Virus record (IMG/VR): IMGVR_UViG_3300013108_000188
DNA: 64,000 bases
Direction: 5' to 3' (one strand)
Source: a virus
Below, in pieces: positions 61,030 to 64,000 of the stretch. A program made the position numbers and the translations under genes. Every line of letters starts with the position of its first letter. The first letter of the stretch is position 1. The notes under the pieces are model-generated. The model searched no databases. It was not told where the DNA came from and saw nothing but the letters and a program-made list of their open reading frames with translations.

Positions 61030-64000
61030 TTGTTTCTATTACCAAATCTCCAGCTTTGTCTATATTAATTTGCATAGTGCCGTTGATAAATTCAAATCCT
61101 TCAGCTTTATCTGTACCATCAAAACGAGTACTTTCTTTTTGGATTAGTTCATTAGCATTTGTAATAACTCTTCGTTTTAATGCCAAATCAACATCATCAA
61201 TTGAAAGTGTTTGTAATGTTGGAGTACCTTGCGAATCAACATATGATTTATTAACTATGTCGTTAGCAGCCGAAGGTGTAATTCCTATTTGTGTTTGTGC
61301 GTTTAATGTAATTATACCATCGTTTTGTGTTCCAATAGTTAAATTAACATCTGTTCCACTTAATCCTGTTGTAGAAATAGTTTGTCCTGTTGCAGTAATT
61401 GAACCTGCCGTTAATGAGTTAACTGACAAGTCGTTTTGACCACCACCAAGTTGTCCATCTACATAAGTCTTAATAGCTCTTTCGGTTACAAGAGCAGTAT
61501 CAGAATTGTCTGCCAATGTTCCGTCTGTACTAAATTCAGCAATTGTAGCACCAAAGTTTCCTTGAGCACTTGAACCTAAACTTAATTCTTGTAATCCAGA
61601 AAGGTCAAATGCTTCGGCATTCAATGTTGCCTTACCAGTTGCCTGTTCAATTTTAAATAGATTACCTACTCTAAAGTTACCATCTTGGTCTGTTGAAGAA
61701 TAGAATACTCTTCCTCTATCAGCTTCATAGATTTCATCATTAGCGTCTGCCGCCTGTGTTGGAGCATTTGGATAATTAGTTGTTGCAATATCTCCAGTAC
61801 CAACATCTAGGAAGTCGTGTCCTGTTAATCTTATGTTTGAGTAATTACTTCTTAAAGTAGCAGTTTCAGCGTGAGTTGGTTTGTTAGCAGTTGTAAATTT
61901 AGGATTTACTCTAACCGTTCCAGCACCAGCAGAATATCCTGTAACCGCCACAACATAGTAAGCTTGTCCAGTTATTCCAGCAAACTCTACAATGTCTCCA
62001 CCTGTAGGTGATTTTGATAATCCTGTTAATCTAACAAAGGCAGTACCTTCACTTGATATTTCAGCATAACCATTACCAGATATAGTAGCAGTTGTTGTTT
62101 CTGTTTTGTATCCAGAACCAGCAGTTCCAACCGTTGTTTGTGATATTACTCCATCTCCTATTTCAGAAGTAGCAGTACCAACCGTTGAAGCGTTAGGGTC
62201 TGTAATTGTTACCGTTGGTGCAGAAGAATAACCAGCACCTCCGTCTAATATATAAATTTTTGAAATTTGTTGATTATCTACAACAGCTCTAGCGAGTGCG
62301 TCTCTTGTTGGAGAACCACCACCAGAAATAGTCACTCTTGGTTCTATTTCGTAACCAGATGTTGTATCAAAAGTTGTTGCAGAAGATAAACCAGAGTTTA
62401 CCCATACATCCCAACCTGCAGTACCATTATTTTTTTGTACCGTACAAGTTTTTGTAGAAGCAACATAGTCAGTTATGATTGCAGTATTACCGTAACCAGT
62501 TCCAGTATAAACATTTATTCTCATTCCATTATAGAAATCGTCTGGTTGTGAATCAGAAGCAGCAAGTTTTAATGTAGTTGAAGTTCCTGATTGTGCAAAT
62601 CCTGAAGTTGTAAAGTGAGTTGAACCATTTGTTGCAACTTTAATATGTTTTACAGCACCATCGTTAAATGAAGCAGTAGCGGCACCTGAAGCACCAGAAC
62701 CAGCAAACGCAATAGTGGCAGAAGAATAACTTTCCCCAGCGTATTCAAATTCTAATCTTCCAATACCTGAACCAGCAATTAATACTCTTCCTACTCTTGC
62801 TTCGTTGTTTCTTAAATCTACCGTTCCAGTATAAGGTGTTTCTGAAGCGTCAATACCAGCAGCAGTTGAACCATATTCTCCATAAGAGTTGTTAGAGTTC
62901 AAACTTCTGATAACAGCTCCACTATCAGCCAAATAACCGTGATGGCAGTAATAAGTGAATACTGATACTAATTCTGATTTAGCATTTGATAATGCCCATA
63001 CACCAATACCATCACTTGAAATTTGTGTAAAGTCGTTTGCAAGAATTGAAGCATATCCACCACCGTGTAGTGAACCATCAATCTTAATACCAACTGAACC
63101 AGTTCCAAAGTGTGTACAATTTTGTATAAATGGAGATTTATATTCAATCCAAGCAGAATTGTCTGTAGTACCTGTACCTGGGTCTAAAGCGATAACTACA
63201 CCTGAACGAGTAGCACCGTCAGCAGTATTTGGTCTTGCTACGCCATTTGCGTCAGCAGCACCCATAGTTCCTAACATTCCAGAGAAAGTCATACCAGTCA
63301 TCGTCACTCCATCCCTAACTCTAAACATATCAGCTCTTGCGTTAGGTGTGTTAGTTAGACCACTTGCAGTTGAATTTCCTGAAGCAGGTTTAATTTTTGT
63401 ACTTCTTACTCCATCACCAATAATTTGTGTGTTCGCAGGAACAACAATTGGTAATGCTTCTGAATATGTTCCAGTTTTAACATAAAGCGTTTTATTAACC
63501 GTATCTCTTGGATAAGTTTTAGTTCCTTCAGAACAAGTATAAACTATTCCAGATAATTTAACTTTATCACCTGTTGTTAATCCGTGAACAGCAGAAGTAG
63601 TAATTGTTACCACACCTGTTGAGTTGTTATACGGAGCGTCTGAAATTGAAAGTGTACTATAGTCTGATTTAGTTACCGTACCACCACTTGAATAAGTGTG
63701 AGCATAACTTGAAGTAGCTAAAGTAATTGTAAATATTGTTGTGTTTGTAACCGTAACCGTGTAATCTAATCCAGAGTTACCTGTGTCTTTCATCCAATTA
63801 CAAGCATATGCTATTGTTGCCCAAGGTTTATCTAAAGAAGTTCCTCTACCAGTATCACTACTTGGTAAAGCGTCTGTACCGTGAGGTGCAACAAAATATA
63901 CATTGTCATTAGTTTGAGCAAGTGCCCAAGCAACATCTGTACCATCAGATTTTAACATTGAGCCAGTTGTACCAATAGGTAATCTGACATTCTGTGTTGC
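61025..64000 (-). CDS. tail fibre/tailspike-like virion protein with parallel beta-helix (5' end beyond the window)
   Basis: Frame is open to the window edge (ATQNVRLPIGTTGSML...); VYFVAPHG.D...G.S...PWATI..A, V..GTY.E..PI..P, SPFIQNCT, NDFTQI; Gly/Thr-rich repeats. Confidence 0.8.
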   Translation of the reverse strand, partial: ATQNVRLPIGTTGSMLKSDGTDVAWALAQTNDNVYFVAPHGTDALPSSDTGRGTSLDKPWATIAYACNWMKDTGNSGLDYTVTVTNTTIFTITLATSSYAHTYSSGGTVTKSDYSTLSISDAPYNNSTGVVTITTSAVHGLTTGDKVKLSGIVYTCSEGTKTYPRDTVNKTLYVKTGTYSEALPIVVPANTQIIGDGVRSTKIKPASGNSTASGLTNTPNARADMFRVRDGVTMTGMTFSGMLGTMGAADANGVARPNTADGATRSGVVIALDPGTGTTDNSAWIEYKSPFIQNCTHFGTGSVGIKIDGSLHGGGYASILANDFTQISSDGIGVWALSNAKSELVSVFTYYCHHGYLADSGAVIRSLNSNNSYGEYGSTAAGIDASETPYTGTVDLRNNEARVGRVLIAGSGIGRLEFEYAGESYSSATIAFAGSGASGAATASFNDGAVKHIKVATNGSTHFTTSGFAQSGTSTTLKLAASDSQPDDFYNGMRINVYTGTGYGNTAIITDYVASTKTCTVQKNNGTAGWDVWVNSGLSSATTFDTTSGYEIEPRVTISGGGSPTRDALARAVVDNQQISKIYILDGGAGYSSAPTVTITDPNASTVGTATSEIGDGVISQTTVGTAGSGYKTETTTATISGNGYAEISSEGTAFVRLTGLSKSPTGGDIVEFAGITGQAYYVVAVTGYSAGAGTVRVNPKFTTANKPTHAETATLRSNYSNIRLTGHDFLDVGTGDIATTNYPNAPTQAADANDEIYEADRGRVFYSSTDQDGNFRVGNLFKIEQATGKATLNAEAFDLSGLQELSLGSSAQGNFGATIAEFSTDGTLADNSDTALVTERAIKTYVDGQLGGGQNDLSVNSLTAGSITATGQTISTTGLSGTDVNLTIGTQNDGIITLNAQTQIGITPSAANDIVNKSYVDSQGTPTLQTLSIDDVDLALKRRVITNANELIQKESTRFDGTDKAEGFEFINGTMQINIDKAGDLVIETI

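Noticed and set aside
77-63485. All plus-strand ORFs in the track (e.g. 22985..23380, 60987..61439, 62955..63485) and short alternate-frame minus ORFs inside long genes
   Set aside because: They are antisense or out-of-frame shadows of well-supported genes, with no recognisable motifs.
1-64000. tRNA genes, CRISPR arrays, diversity-generating retroelement, introns/inteins, stop-codon recoding
   Set aside because: No cloverleaf, repeat-spacer array or reverse transcriptase was seen; core genes have normal lengths and read intact in the standard code.

Overview
The window is a 64-kb slice of an AT-rich (roughly one-third GC, visual estimate) T4-like marine myovirus, with every credible gene on the minus strand. 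The host is most likely an alphaproteobacterium of the SAR11/Pelagibacter type (HTVC008M-like phage). That is an inference from the Shemin-pathway ALA synthase, alphaproteobacterial-type bS21 and ferredoxin, low GC and absence of photosynthesis genes. In transcription order (right to left) it carries: large tail-fibre/baseplate proteins with RCC1-like propellers; a tetrapyrrole cassette behind a late promoter (degenerate heme oxygenase, heme oxygenase, PcyX-type bilin reductase, ALA synthase); the gp13-gp23/gp3 neck, terminase, tail and head module; uvsY, sufE, uvsW, gp55, gp47/46 and peptide deformylase; a GNAT/beta-hydroxylase/PLP-enzyme/methyltransferase cluster; CobT/CobS-like genes; bS21, Hsp20 and peroxiredoxin; gp45/44/62, regA, a RimK-protease fusion, ferredoxin and gp43; two more DNA methyltransferases, GMP reductase and a partial uvsX. 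The most interesting signals beyond the gene list are: a RimK-RimB-like fusion with a T4-style capsid-targeting N-terminus, a possible base-hypermodification cluster, a pseudo-heme-oxygenase coupled to the bilin cassette, a stand-alone pseudoknotted sRNA candidate plus other structured intergenic RNAs (including a ROSE-like thermometer), an orphan antisense promoter near uvsW/gp55, near-leaderless early promoters, and context-dependent avoidance of CATG, HGATCD, HGATGC and ACWGT. All calls were made by eye, with no database searches or folding programs.
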